Assembly (NCBI RefSeq): GCF_964194155.1
Contig: NC_135895.1
Location: 30,876,001-30,940,000, forward strand
Source of the DNA: Cetorhinus maximus
Lineage: Eukaryota
Reading direction: 5' to 3'
Length of the DNA stretch: 64,000 nt
A program made the position numbers and the translations under genes. The first letter of the stretch is position 1. Every line of letters starts with the position of its first letter. Under the pieces are notes generated by a model. That model was not told the DNA's origin. It saw only the letters and a list, made by a program, of their open reading frames with translations, and ran no database searches. This document shows, piece by piece, positions 37,380-51,104 of this stretch.

Positions 37380-38715
37380 GGTATGCAAATTGATATATAT
37401 TCTATAAAGTATATATTTTATACGTATGTTGCATACAGTGAGTCAAGGTCAAGGAGATTTTTCATCTCAAGTGTGGTTAGAGGGCAGGGAGATAATTGAC
37501 CCAAGATATGGAAGGAGGGGAAATAGAGCAGAGAAGGGGAGTAGGGGCACTGGCAAAATGGGTGAGAAGGGTGGGGAAGCAAGAATGCAAGGTAGTGAAA
37601 GAGGGAAGGGAGGAAATATATTATTACCCAGTCATCATTTTGAAAATGTTGTATGAACCTAACAACACTTTTAAACTATTTTTTTAAATAAAAGAACTGA
37701 GTGGTAAAGGGACCTCCACTTCTGACAGGTGGGTTTAAATTCAGCTGATGTCCAGAAAGTATTTTTTTTCTGGCAACTGAGTTTGAGCAATCCCAACTAA
37801 TCTTCTACTGGGTAAAGGCCACAGCATAAAACTAGTCATAGGTGTTGAACCCACTTAGAAACAGCAGCAGATTGACAGCTTGTGGGAAATGGAAATATCA
37901 CACAGCTGCAATAGAGGTAGCTTTATAAAGATAGTGTTAGAACACATCATTAAAACGGAACAGAGAAATTAATCTACTTTTAAACCATGCTACACATGAC
38001 CTAGAAATGTCTGATGCTGGGCGATAGTGGAAAACACACCTCTTATAATGTTGAAACAGTTTTCCAGGTAGGGTAGCAGAAGCCAAAATTTTAAACTCAG
38101 TGAAGCTGATAATCTCATGCAGGAATGTTCAATCTTTGGGAGTAATGTGCCATTCACAACAAACAAATGCACTGCATAGGGTTAACTCAATTTTGAGTAA
38201 GGAAGAATAACATCAGTTGACTGAATTAGTCAAATTCTGTTTCTACTGTAGGACACCGGTAATTTTCACCAGTGCTTTGGGATCCTATTCTATGATTCTG
38301 TCCATTTTTTTAATGGAAACTCCAAACCAATGTTTTTACCATGACACTTAAGCATTATACCTGACTCTTGTTTTCATTTAAAAGACATCGGAATATGCTG
38401 GAAATGCCAGTCAGGCCAGTCAGCATCCATATTGAGAAAAGGCAAGTTAACGTCAACAGTTGAAATAATTCATCAGAACTGGAAACTGAAAGATCAGCAA
38501 ACAGTTTAATGGAGATCAGCAAACAGTTTAATGGAGATGGGTAAAAAGAGGAGAAAAATCAACTAGAGAGAAATGTCTAACTGACAAAATGATGTACAGC
38601 TGCTTAAACCCAGCCTATCTATATTTATGGCCTCGCCATCAACCTTGCATCTTATGTGGCCCCTCTACTCCCTATTGTCCCAATCATGGTCATGTAAACC
38701 ACAGCTATTTACTTC

Positions 38716-38926
38716 TGTAAAAGCAAAATACTGTGGATGCTGGAAATCTGAAACAAAAACAAAAAAATAGCTGGAAAAACTCAGCAGGTCTGACAGCATC
38801 TGTGGAGAGGAAGACAGAGTTAACGTTTCGAGTCCGTATGACTTCATCAGAACTAAAGAAAAGTAGAAATGAGGTGAAATATAAGCTGTTTGAGGGTGAT
38901 GGGATAGGTGGAGCTGGATAGAGGGC
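38716..38926 (-). mobile_element. Penelope-like 3' end with hammerhead motif (38818-38854)
   Basis: Minus strand agtt-CTGATGA-agtc(atacg)gact-c-GAAA-CGTT-aact plus the PLE tail. Confidence 0.75.
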
Positions 38927-39714
38927 TCACTCCCTTTCTTCCTAAATCTGTGCCCATCTTTCCTGCCACACCACAACTGGGTAAATTCAATCAGGTTTCT
39001 AGCCTACCACAGCACTGAAATGGCCCAAGTCACAAATGGCATTCTCTGTGACTGTGACCATGTTGCAACTTCCCCACTTGTGACTTCTGTGCAGTCTTTG
39101 ACATGGATTATACCACCATCCTGCTCCAAAGCTTCTCCTCTATTGTCCAGCTTAATAGGACTGCCATTGCTGCATTCCACTCTTACCTGTCCAATCGTAA
39201 CAGGAGCCTCTCCTCTTCCTCATTTACTTGCTGACCCTTGGCAATATCATCTGAAGATATAGGGACAGTAGGGTTGCCAACTGTGATTAAATGTATTCCT
39301 GGAGGTTTCATCACATGACTTGCCCCCATGCTCCAGCCATTCATCAGTGAACACATCATTCCTAGTGACATGCTGCCTTCCTATGCCAATTGGAAAGCAA
39401 AAATATTTATTACCCAATTGGATGATGTTTGACTGTCAGCCAAAAAGCCTTTTTTTATCCCCCATTTTCAATATTCATTATCTGTTCAAAGAAAACGACA
39501 AAAAAAATTGTTTTTAATGTCCCTATGATTTTTCTGCAGGATTGCACACAGCAGTGTCCTAGAGATTAATCTTCAATTGGAGGCTCTAGACCAATCCTGG
39601 AGGGCTGGCATCACCAAAGGTCAACTTCCATATGTATACTGACAACACCCAGCTCTGCATCTTTGCTGCCTCATTGTTTGTTTTTTTTGTTATTCTTTTA
39701 CAAAATGTGAGCGT

Positions 39715-40772
39715 CACTGGCTAGGCCAGCATTTGTTGCCCATCCCTATTTGCCCTTGAGGAGCTAATGTGAGCTGCCTTCCTAAACCCAAAAGGAACAC
39801 CCACAATGCTGATAGAGAAGGACTTCCAGCATTTTGTCCCAGTGATAGTGAAGGGACGGCAATATAGTTCGAAGTCAGAATGATGTATGGTTTGGAGGGG
39901 AACTTGCGGGTGGTGGTGATCCCATGCATCCTCTGCCCTTGTCCTTCTAGGTGATAGAGGTCAAGAGTTTGGAAGGTGCTGTCAAAGGAGCCTTGGTAAG
40001 TGGCTGCAGTACATCTTATGTACACACTACTGCCACTGTGCATTGATGGTGGAGGAAGTAAATGTTTAAGTTGATGAATGGGGTGCCAATCAAGCAGGCT
40101 GCTTTGTCTTGGATGGTATCAAGCTTCTTGAGTGTTGTTGGGACTGCACTCATCCAGGCAAGCAGAGAATATTCCATCACACTCCTGACTTGTGCCTTGT
40201 AGATGGTGAACAGGCTTTGGGGAGTCAGGAGGTGAATCACTCACCACAGAATTCCCAGCCCCTGACCTGCTCTTGTAGCCGTAGTATTTAGTAGGTCCAG
40301 TTCAGTTTCTGGTCAATGGTAACCCTCAATATGTTAATAGTGGGGTATTCAGCAACAGTAATGCCATTGAATGTTAAGGGAAGATGGCTAGATTCTCTTT
40401 TGTTGGAGATGGTTATGCCTGGCACTTGTATGGCATGCAAGTATAAATGATACTTGCCATTTATCAGCCCAAGCCTGAATGTTGTCCAGGTCTTGCTGCA
40501 TATGGACATGGACTGCTTCAATTTCTTAGGAGTCACGAATGGTGCTGATCATCATGCAATCATCAGCGAACATCCCCACTTCTGACCTTATTTTGAAGGG
40601 AGATCATTGATGAAGCAGTTGAAAATTTTTGAGCCCAGGACACTACCCTGAGGAACTCCTGCAGCGATATCCTGGGACTGAGATGATTGATCTCCAACAA
40701 CCACAACCATCTTCCTTTGTGTTAGGTATGAATCCAACCAGTGGAGAGTTTTCCCCAATCCCTATTGACTTC
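39715..40772 (-). mobile_element. CR1/L2-group LINE 3' fragment (same family as 34051-35405); its upstream part lies inverted at ~40995-41254
   Basis: Minus strand IYKAQVRSVMEYS, TLKKLDTIQDKAACLIG and the shared tail. Confidence 0.85.
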
Positions 40773-41254
40773 AGAAGGATTTAAAATTTGATATTAAACC
40801 TGTTTTGCCACACTATGAATGGACTAATGGGTGGGTGGGAGTGCCGTTTTTATTTGTTCATTAGGATGGCAAGATTGGGAACAATCTGGCTCATCTGAGA
40901 CAGTGGCAGTGATGGGAACTCAGTTAATGATCACAGTACAGAATTTATGGAGGGGAGATAACGATGGTGACCAATGTTTTCTTGATATTCCAAATACAAT
41001 CCTGCCAATTACTGCCCCATCAGTCTACTCTTGATCATCAGCAAAGAGATGAAAGATGTCACTGACAGTGCTATTAAGCAGCACTTACACAGCGATAACC
41101 TGCTCACTGACACTAAGTTTGGGTTCCACCGGGGCCACTCAGCTCCTGACCTCATTGCAGCCTTGGTCCAAACGTGGACAAAAGAGTTGAACTCAAGAGG
41201 TGAGGTGAGAGGGAATGTCTTTGACCTCAAGGCAGTATTTGACCAAGTGTAGCA

Positions 41255-41820
41255 TAGACCATAAGACATAGGAGCAGAAATTAGGCCATTCGGCCCATCG
41301 AGTCTGCTCCTCCATTCAATCATGGCTGATAAGTTTCTCAACCCCATTCTCCTGCCTTCTCCCCGTAACCTTTGATCCCCTTACCAATCAAGAACCTATC
41401 TAGCTCGGTCTTAAATACACTCAATGACCTTTAAGATCCTGCGGGGTCTTGACAGGGTGGACATGGAAAGGATGTTTCCTCTTGTGGGAGAATCTAGAAT
41501 TAGGAGTCACTGTTTAAAAATAGGGGTCACTCATTTAGGACAGAGATGAGGAGAATTTTTTGCTCTCAGAGGGTCGTGAGACCTTGGAACTCTCTTCCTC
41601 AAATGGCAGTGGAAGCAGAGTCTTTGAATATTTTTAAGACAGAGTATAGATAGATTCTTGATTAACAAAGCAGGGTGGTGGGCGTGGTGAAAGGTTATCG
41701 GGGGATAGGCAGGAATGTGGGGTTGAGGTTACATTCAGATCAGCTATGACCTTATTAAATGGCGAAGCAGGCTTGAGGGACTGAATGGCCTACTCCTGTT
41801 CTTAATTTGTATGTTCCTAT
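41255..41820. mobile_element. Two CR1 3' ends: 41255-41430 (-) and 41431-41820 (+)
   Basis: 41255-41430 is nearly identical to 46651-46830; 41431-41820 resembles 29150-29505. Confidence 0.75.
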
Positions 41821-43529
41821 TTTTAGCTTTTTCCTTTCACACCGTTCCCAGCCAAGAGCACAGGCAAGTGACAATCACAAGAGTTTTAGCTGGTACAGTT
41901 GTCAATTACTATATTTCAATCTAGCTTGATTATTAACAATTTAATGTTATTTGAGTTTAATATTTTAACTTATTATAACAAGTAGGTATAATTTTAAAAA
42001 TAAGTTTAAAAACTAGGTAATCCCAACAAAAGTAAGGTTTATTTGCGCTAGGGTCAAAATCATGAGTTTCTAACATTAACTCCTAAACTTTACTATTGCT
42101 ACTGTGTCTATAAGTAGCTCTACTGTTACAAAAAGTTTATTGAATACAAACACTGACACCACCTGCATGATTATATATACATAAATTATTAATTTGATCA
42201 AATTCACATTTCACTCCAATTCATTAATATATATATTAACAATATTATAAACAATTTCATAAATGGTAACTCAGCTCAGTAGTAGCATTTTCATCTCAGG
42301 AACATTTGGGATGAATTCCAACTCCAGGATTGGAAAATATACTCTAGGTTTGCATTTCAATGCAATAGCGAGAGAATGGCACATTATCAAAAGTACCTTC
42401 TTTTTGGATGAAACATTAAACAGAGGCCTTACATTCTGGGTGGACATAGAAGTTCAAAAGGCCCTATTCAAAGAGGAGTAAAAATTCTTTCAATATCCTA
42501 GCCAAGATTGATCCTTCAACCAACATCACCAGAAACCATATTAACTGACCATTCTATTCATTTTCTACCTGTGAGATGTTGCTATCCACAAATTGGCTAC
42601 TGCATTTATTCTTTTTACAACAATGACCACACTTTAAAAAATGAGTATTCTAGGATGTCTTGCGGATGTAAAAGTTACCACACAAATTTGAGTTTTGTGC
42701 TTCATTCCTTACAGGAATGATTTCCCCAAATTTCCAAATTCAAGTTGATTAATTAGTTGCACCAATGACATTTAATGTATTTTTCCCACCTGTTTCAATT
42801 GCCCAGATATTTTCAATTAGTTTCTATTAAATGTATCTTTTTATTCTCTTTCATATATTCCTGATTTTATTGTATTAAATATAAAAGTGTTAGATCTTTC
42901 TTTTCAGTTTAGTAACTCACCGCTATCTTGACAGTTTTAATAATTCTTAATTCTTCAAGAATCTTGCTATCCGACGTCTTTTAATCTATTATTTGTTCTG
43001 AGGTTGCTTTTTTATCTCACCATCTTTTCTAACCAACTTTGTCCTTATCTCTATCTTCCACATTAGGTTAGCAAGGTTTCTGCTAGTTCTGGATTCTCTT
43101 ACACCCTTAAATTCTCTTTTTACGGTTGTACTATTTCAACTGTCTAAACTGCCAGATTCTCATCTTTTTATTCTTTCTCATTGCATTCTAGAACTTGCCA
43201 GTTTCAAACGCCAATGTTCCAGACTTTCAACTGATTGGCTTTTTAAGCAACACTGGATTTGTTCTGCACAATGGATTTGTTCTGTTCATAACATGGCAGC
43301 AGCCTATACGTTAACTGTTGGAGTTGGTGAATTGCTCTCATGCTGCCCCCCGCACCCATTGTGCAGAAGCGGGTAGGTTGTGCTCAGTTGCCATTGTTTC
43401 TTTCTGTTGACATGCTTAATGATGCCTGAGGCCCAATTCTGGGTGCGTCTCAGGCCTTCTAGTTAGGATAGTTTGAGCTGCTGAGTCCTGAAGGACGGAA
43501 ATACCAGATTGGGCATACGTAGCGCAAAG

Positions 43530-44190
43530 GAAGATGTTTGTGGTTGTTGCATGTCAATCATCTCAGTCCCAGGACATTGCTGCAGGAGCTCCTCTGGGTG
43601 GTGCCTTAGGCCTAACCATTTTCAGCTGCTTCATCAATGACCTTCCCTTCATCATAAGGTCAGAAGTGGAGATGTTCACTGATGTTCAGCACCATTCATG
43701 AGTACTCAGATAATGAAGCAGTCCATGCCTGCATGGAGCAAAACCCATGGATAACACTCAGATGTGAACTGCTAAGTGGCAAGTAACATTTGTGTCACAC
43801 AAGTGCCAGGCAATGACCATCACTGACAAAGAAAGTCTAACCATCTTCCCATGAGTTTCAATACATTACAATCACTAAATCCGCCACCATCAACATCCTG
43901 GGGGTCACCATTGACCAGAAACATAACTGGACCAGCTCTATAAATACTGTGGCTACAAGAGCAGGCTAGAGGCTGAGAATTCTGCAGTGAGTAGTTCAGC
44001 TCCTGACTCTTTAAAGCCTTTCCACCATCTACAAAGTGCAAGTCTCCACTTGCCTGGATGAATGCAAGTTCAGTAACTAAAGAAGCTTGACATCATCCAG
44101 GACAATTCATCCTGCTTGATTGGCACCCCATTCACCAACATAAGCATTTACTCCCTCCACCACCTTAGCTGGACTGTGTATCACCTACAA
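43530..44190 (+). mobile_element. CR1/L2-group LINE fragment
   Basis: FSCFINDLP and TINILGVTIDQK remnants of the same family. Confidence 0.7.
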
Positions 44191-46039
44191 GATGGGCAGT
44201 AAAAATGACTACTGATTCCATTACCACCCAATTACCATTATCACTGTTTATATACAGCAGAAGCAAAACATGATAGTGTTCAATCTCATTCGTAACTCCT
44301 CAGATAAGAAGCAGCCCATGCTTGGTCCATTCATTGTGCTGCTTACCCTTATTAGCTATCCTACAAGTGCTCTTGTACATTCTAGTGCTAGCAGCAGTAG
44401 GTGAGGTGGATGGCTGCTGAAAAGTGGAAAAGAACAGAAATTCTCCTGGGATGACCTCGAAAGGCTATAGGTCAGACGGCCCCACCTCTGGCTGCACCGT
44501 CTCAGTATAGGTTTCAGCAGTGTGGGCTGCCTGGCTGCCCGAACATGGCAGTGGCAGCTAAGGGAGGGAGCAGCAATGCTCGCATCCAGAGAGAGGCCTG
44601 TATGTTCCTGCTCCACCTCAGAGCATCTGTTCAGACAACTCAGTGGGGAAGGACAGACCTCTGAGCATCAGAAACACTGCAAACCCTTTTCAACCAAAGA
44701 GCAGAGATGACAGCTAGCTTCCATTGCAGCTCTTTGTCATTCCATGCCAGCTGCAATGACAGCATTGGAAGCTGCGGCCTGTCTTCAAACACTGCATGAT
44801 TTTAAACTCCACAGGTCACTGGCTATAATTGATTAGCCTCTACATGATGGAGGGGAACAGGGTTCCAGTCTCTGTGTCAAGCAACAGATGAAGTTGGAGA
44901 CAAACTCCTCCATCCCCCAGTATGACAGGTCATTTTGTTCTATTCCTTCACAGGACATGGGCATCGCTGGCTAGGCCAGCAAACCACCTTCTCAAGGGCA
45001 ATTAAGGATGGGCAATAAAAGTGTTGGCCCAGCCAGTGACGCCCATGACCCATGAAAGAATAAAGGAAAATGACCTGAAAACTTTCAGGCAGCCTTTCTA
45101 TAGCAACAAGCATTTGGCTTTTTACATCAATCAACCTTCTTCTGAAGCTTGACCCTCAGATCCTCACCTGACTCTTCTACAGCAGAACTAGTATGTGTAC
45201 CTGCACTCACCTGGCCCAACCTCATTCCACCAGGAAAGACACTAGTATCCCTTCCACTATGCATGGCTGCTGCCCTCTACTGCCCAGTGCATGCTACTGT
45301 GAGGATCCCTCTTCTAAGCTAGCATCTGAGTTGCTTTTGGGGCCGTCTCTAAGCTAGTGCCTATGACAGTGGTACCATTGACAAAATGCATTCTTCCTAG
45401 CCCTCCTTCTTTTGGGGGGCACAAGGCAGATGTTGCTCACTTACTCAGGGTAGGGGGTGGTGCAGGGGGTGGGGGGTGGGCTTGAGGTGAATCATGTTCC
45501 TGATAACTTGCAATGATAACACTGGGTTAGATTGTGGAATATATGGCCACAATAATAGGATCAATGTGATAACGACGTATGGAGTTTAGGAGAGAGGGTA
45601 GTTTTGGGGATTAGGGATTATGAATAATTGTGCATTTGTTAGGAAACTGGAGTTGCCACATCCCTTTCGTTGATATGTCCCCTGCTCTGTATTTAGCTGT
45701 GGCATCTCTCACCTGCCCTCCCAATCACTGGCTTCTCAAAGGGAGTGATGTCATACAAGCATGGTTTTCTTCCCTGATCAGGCCCTGCCTGTTACCTTGT
45801 CCTGGAAGATAGTGATAATTGTGAATGTTGAAAAATTGGCAGGAGTGTTTTGTGTGTGTGCCTCACTTGGCTTAGGAGCTGTGAGATCTGTCTGCATTGA
45901 GTGGTGTCAATGAAGGATGTAATAGTGAGGATTGTGTAAATGTCAGTGTATAGTTAGATGGTAGATGAAGTGCGTTGAGATTATGATGCTGTTGCAGGTG
46001 GTGCAATTATTCAGAAGTATATTTGTAAGACGGAACCTT

Positions 46040-46300
46040 ACCTTGACAACTCATGTAATTAAATTTCTTATGACACTTGAGCGGTGTGTGGGCCAGAGCT
46101 CTTGGCTGTCACCTTCTGGATGATCTCTTCCCACATACGCTGCATTAGCTGCCACTGTGGCCTTCTTCCTCTCTTGGGAACAGAACAACGCTCCTGCTCT
46201 ATAGCTTGCCCACAAGGACCTCCATGACTGCATCTGAGAACCTGAGTGTCCTCTCTTGCTGTTTGAGACATCCTTCCACATTGGTTTCACTCTCCAAGCC
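46040..46300 (-). mobile_element. Harbinger-type Myb/SANT remnant
   Basis: RFSDAVMEVLV...RMWEEIIQKVTA..KFN across frameshifts, followed by AAG|GTAAGG; same architecture as 4787-5030. Confidence 0.5.
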
Positions 46301-46650
46301 AGTGCACTCCATATCTTCAGTGGAAGTGAGTGCGAGCAATAGAGAGTTCCAGAACAATTGTTGCATCACTGCTTGAGTGCTAAACTTGTAATTGTTAGTT
46401 TCAGCACCTTCAGGCACGTTTAAATCAAGATATTCATCAATTAAACCAGAAATTGCATGCTAAATCTTTCTTTTTGCAAAAATATACTTTATTCATAAAT
46501 ATCTAAAAGAACATTACAAAATATTTCAAAATGGTCATTACAGAAAATGCTATGATATTCAAGTTTTCTACATAGGTCATGTTGCACTTTGAGGTGCTTC
46601 AATGCAATTGTGATACATGTAATATTTACTGTATACGTTCAATGTGAGTC

Positions 46651-48810
46651 CATAAGACCATAAGACATAGGAGCAGAAATTAGGCCATTCAGCCCATCGA
46701 GTCTGCTACGCCATTCAATCATAGCTGATAAGTTTCTCAACCCAATTCTCCCGCCTTCTCCCCGTAACCTTTGATCCCCTTACCAATCAAGGACCTTAAG
46801 TATCTCGGTCTTAAGTACACTCAATGACCTGTCCCCCACAGCCTTCTGTGGCAATGAATTCCATAGATTCAGCACTCTCTGGCTAAAGAAGTTTCTCCTC
46901 ATCTCAGTTCTAAAAGGTCTTCCCTTTACTCTGAGGCTGTGCCCTCGGGTCCTAGTCTCTCCTACTTATGGAAACATCTTCCCCATGTCCACTCTATCCA
47001 GGCCTTTCAGTATTCTGTAAGTTTCAATCAGATCCCCCCTCATCCTTCTAAACTCCATCGAGTATAGACCCAGGGTCCTCAAACGTTCCTCATATGTTAA
47101 GCCTTTCATTCCTGGGATCATTCTCGTGAACCTCCTCTGGGCCCTCTCCAGGGCCAGAACATCCTTCCTGAGATACGGGGCCCAAAATTGCTCACAATAT
47201 TCTAATTGTGGTCTGACCAGAGCCTTATAAAGCCTCAGCAGCATATCCCTGCTTTTACATTCTAGTCCTCTCGAAATAAATGCCAACATTGCATTTGCCT
47301 TCCTAACTACCGACTCAACCTGCAAGTTAACCTTAAGAGAATCCTGGACTAAGACTCCCAAGTCCCTTTACACTCCAGATTTCTGAATTCTCTCCCCATT
47401 TAGAAAATAGTCTATGCCTCCTACCAAAGTGCATGACCTCACACTTCCCCACGTTGTATTTCATCTTCCACTTCTTTGCCCATTCTCCTAACCTGTCCAA
47501 ATCCTTCTGCAGCCTCCCCGCTTCCTCAATACTACCTGTCCCTCCACCTATCTTTGTATCATCTGCAAACTTAGCCAGGATGCCCTCAGTTCCTTCATCT
47601 AGATCATTAATGTATAAAGTGAAAAGTTGTGGTCCCAACACTGACTCCACTAGTCACCGGCCGCCATCCTGAGAAGGATCCCCTTATCCCCACTCTCTGC
47701 CTCCTGCCAGACAGCCAATCTTCTATCCATGCTAGTACCTTGCCTCTAACACCATGGGCTCTTACCTTACTGAGAAGCCTCCTGTGCGGCACCTTGTCAA
47801 AGGCCTTCTGGAAGTCCAAGTAGATAACATCCATTGGCTCTCCTTTGTCTAGCCTACTCGTTACCTCCTCAAAGAATTCTAACAGATTTGTCAGACATGA
47901 CCTCCCCTTGATGAAACCATGCTGACTTTGCCCTATTTTACCATGCACTTCCAAGTATTCTGAAATCTCATCCTTAATAATGGACTCTAAAATCTTACCA
48001 ACGACCGAGGTCAGGCTAATCGGCCTGTAATTTACCATCTTTTGCCTCACTCCCTTCTTAAACAGGGGGGTTACATTAGCGATTTTCCAGTCCTCTGGGA
48101 CCCTCCCTGACTCCAGTGATTTCTGAAAGATCACCACTAACGCCTCCACTATCTCTTCAGCTATCTCCTTCAGAACTCTGGGGTGTTATCCATCTGGTCC
48201 AGGTGATTTATCCACCTTCAGACCTTTCAGTTTTCCTAGCACCTTCTCCTTGGTAATGGCCACCATATTCACCTCTGCCCCCCCGACTCTCTTGAACTTT
48301 GGGGATGTTACTCGTGTCTTCCACCGTGAAGACTGACGCAAAGTACTTATTCAGTTCCTCCGCCATTTCTTTGTTCCCCACTACTACTTCACCAGCATCA
48401 TTTTCCAGCTGCCCAATGTCCACTTTTGCCTCTCTCTTACCCTTTATATATCTAAAAAAACTCTTGCAATCTTCTTTTATATTACTGGCTAGTTTACCCT
48501 CATATTTAATCTTCTCCCTCCTTATTTCTTTTTTAGTTGTCCTCTGTTGGTCTTTGTAGGCTTCCGAATCCCCTGGTTTCCCACTGCTCTTCGCCGCATT
48601 GTATGCTTTCTCTTTAGCTTTTATGCTGTCCCTGATTTCCCTGGTCAGCCATGGTTGCCTCGTCCTCCCTTTAGTCCCTTTAGTATGCTTCTTCTTCCTA
48701 GGGATGAATTTTTGCTGTGTCTCCCAAATTACTCCCAGAAACTCCTGCCATTGCTGTTTCACTGTCTTTCCGGCTAGGCTCATCTCCCAGTCAATTCTGG
48801 CCAGCTCCAA
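46651..48810 (-). mobile_element. CR1 LINE, 5'-truncated, relatively well-preserved ORF2/RT
   Basis: PEDWKIANVTPLFKKG, NYRPISLTSVVGK, QHGFIKGRSCLTNL, YLDFQKAFDKV, KFADDTK; (TCTTATG)-type tail. Confidence 0.93.
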
Positions 48811-49123
48811 GGCATCAAACATTGATCACCACATTATCTCCCCTCCATAAATTCTGTACTGTGGTCATTAATTGAGTTCCCGTCCCTGTCATTGTCTCAG
48901 ATGAGCCAGATTGTTCCCAATCTTGCCATCCTAATAAACAAATAAAAATGGCAGTCCCACCCACCCATTAGTCTATTCACAATGTAGCAAAAGAGGTTTG
49001 ATATCAAATTTTAAATCCTTCTAACAAACCACCTCCCCAGGAACCTGCCATTGGTGTAAGAGTGGGAGAGATTCCTGGTCAGCCATGTGATGGAAGAAAA
49101 TTGGAGCCTCTACCATTACTACT

Positions 49124-49486
49124 GGAGGTGGTGGTGTAGTTGTAATATCACTGGTCTGGTAATCCAGAGGCCCAGGCTAATGTTTTGGGGACATTGATAA
49201 AATTTCACCATGGCAGCTGATGGCATTTAAATTCAATTAATAAAAATCTGGAATATAAATTGATGGTGACCGTGAAACTATCATTGGTTGTCATAAAAGC
49301 CCACCTGGTTCACAAGTGTCCTTTAATCTGTCGTTCTTACCTGGTCTGGCCTACACGTGACTCCAGGCCCACAGCAACGTGGTTAACTCTTAACTGCCCT
49401 CAGCAATGGGCTAACAAGCCATTCCAGCAATTAGGATGAGCAATAAATGCTGACTTTGCCAGCAATGTCCACATCCCATGAATGAA
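49124..49486 (+). mobile_element. tRNA-derived SINE carrying the 3' tail of the CR1/L2-group LINE
   Basis: A-box-like GGTGTAGTTGT head; ends GCAATAAATGCTG..GCCAGCAATGTCCACATCCCATGAATGAA like 35350-35398. Confidence 0.7.
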
Positions 49487-50939
49487 ACTGTCTTGTCATT
49501 GTTGACCACCTTTCTAACACCTCCATTTAAAATTCTTATCCTCATGTTTAAATCCTGTCATGGCCTTGCCCCTATCTCTATCATCTCCACCAAACCTCTC
49601 TGATCCTCTGACTCTGGCCTCTTTGCAACTCCCTAACCCGCATTCCCAGCCCCTTTGCTCCAACATTGACCTTCAGTCACCTAGATCTTAAGCTCTGGTT
49701 TTCCTCCCTAAACTTTCCACCTCTATGACCCTCTCTAAAATCCACCTCTGTGACCAAAAACATTCCTAATAGCTCCTTCTATGCTCATGACCCCATTTTG
49801 TCCGATTACCTCTCTGTGAAACTGAGACACTTTTTTACATTAAAGGCACTACATAAATATAACTTGCTGTTAGTCGCACACTGGTAAATATAAATGTTTT
49901 CAGGTCATTTCTCTCACTGACTTTCTATATGATTGGTGCATCTTTCATGTTTCCAACCCCTTGAAAATTTTCAATTCTGTCAAAGGATTTCACAAAAAAT
50001 ATTATTCTGCCTATTCACTTCACAGATGGTGACTGAACTGCTGTGTTTCAAGCATTTCCTAATTTTGTTCCAGATTTCAGAATTTGCAATCATTTTTCCT
50101 TTGTGCTTGCTCTCTCCCAATGAAATCTGTACTCCTTGGAGTTGTTGAATCATGCCATCATCACCTTTTTTATTTCTTTTGTTTCCCTATTTCATGTGCT
50201 TCTCCATTTTTTTAAAAAAAAACTATTTTTTCCACTTTTTTCCCCATTCCTTACTTTTTTTCCCCCATCCCTCTCCTTGAGCACCAACACAATTCCTATT
50301 CCTGCCCACCCCCATCTTTCTGCCAGACCCTGCATGTGACAATTTTTCTTTTCAGCTCTCTGCGCAAAGGCAGGTCCAATCCACAGTGCTACAACCTCTA
50401 CCAGGGGTAGGGCAAGGAGGCAGGACCCAAATTCACTCCAACTGGAAAAGGGATCAAACCCCACAACAGCCATCCAGCTAACTTACACTAATGGCAGGTG
50501 GTAAGAGCGGGAGAGATTCCTGGGCAGGTGGTATGTTAGATTTAAAATTTGATATTAAACCTGTTTTGCCACATTATGAATGCACCCATGGCCATCAAGT
50601 CCTGGAGTGGGACTTGAACCCAGAGCCTCTGGCTCAGAGCCAGTGACACTACCCACTGCACCACAAGACCATATGATGATAACCCAAGCCAAGCTGTGAT
50701 ATGTGAGAGAGAACAACATCTGCTGGTAGCCAATGGCCCACTGGAAACATGCAGCACTTCACCCCTTGTTATTTTTAATGCCATCTAGTAGATCAGTTGC
50801 TTTTACCAGTTGGTTTTCTTCAAGCAAGGGCTGTGTGATGGGCCATTTGAAATCATTGAAAGGACCAGATTCAGCCTGCTGGTTAGACAGCCTGCTCCAA
50901 CAGAAGAGTTAGGGTATCGGAGACCTCGGCTGACCTTCT

Positions 50940-51104
50940 CCCTCCCCCCCACCCCCCCCGTAAACCAGCTTATATTTCACCCCTTTCCTATTTTTACTTA
51001 GTTCTGTTGAAGGGTCATGAGGACTCGAAACGTCAACTGTGCTCTTCTCCGCCGATGCTGCCAGACCTGCTGAGTTTTTCCAGGTATTTCTGTTTCTGTT
51101 TTTG
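50940..51104 (+). mobile_element. Penelope-like 3' end with hammerhead motif (51000-51038)
   Basis: agtt-CTGTTGA-a-gggtc(atgag)gactc-GAAA-CGTC-aact. Confidence 0.75.

Noticed and set aside
38491-38538. 22-bp tandem duplication as a CRISPR-like repeat
   Set aside because: Two adjacent copies without spacers in a vertebrate genome; a simple slippage duplication.
42915-43200. Purine-rich minus-strand segment ending at a strong GCG|GTGAGT donor
   Set aside because: Stops in the frames I read, no recognisable protein and no partner exons.
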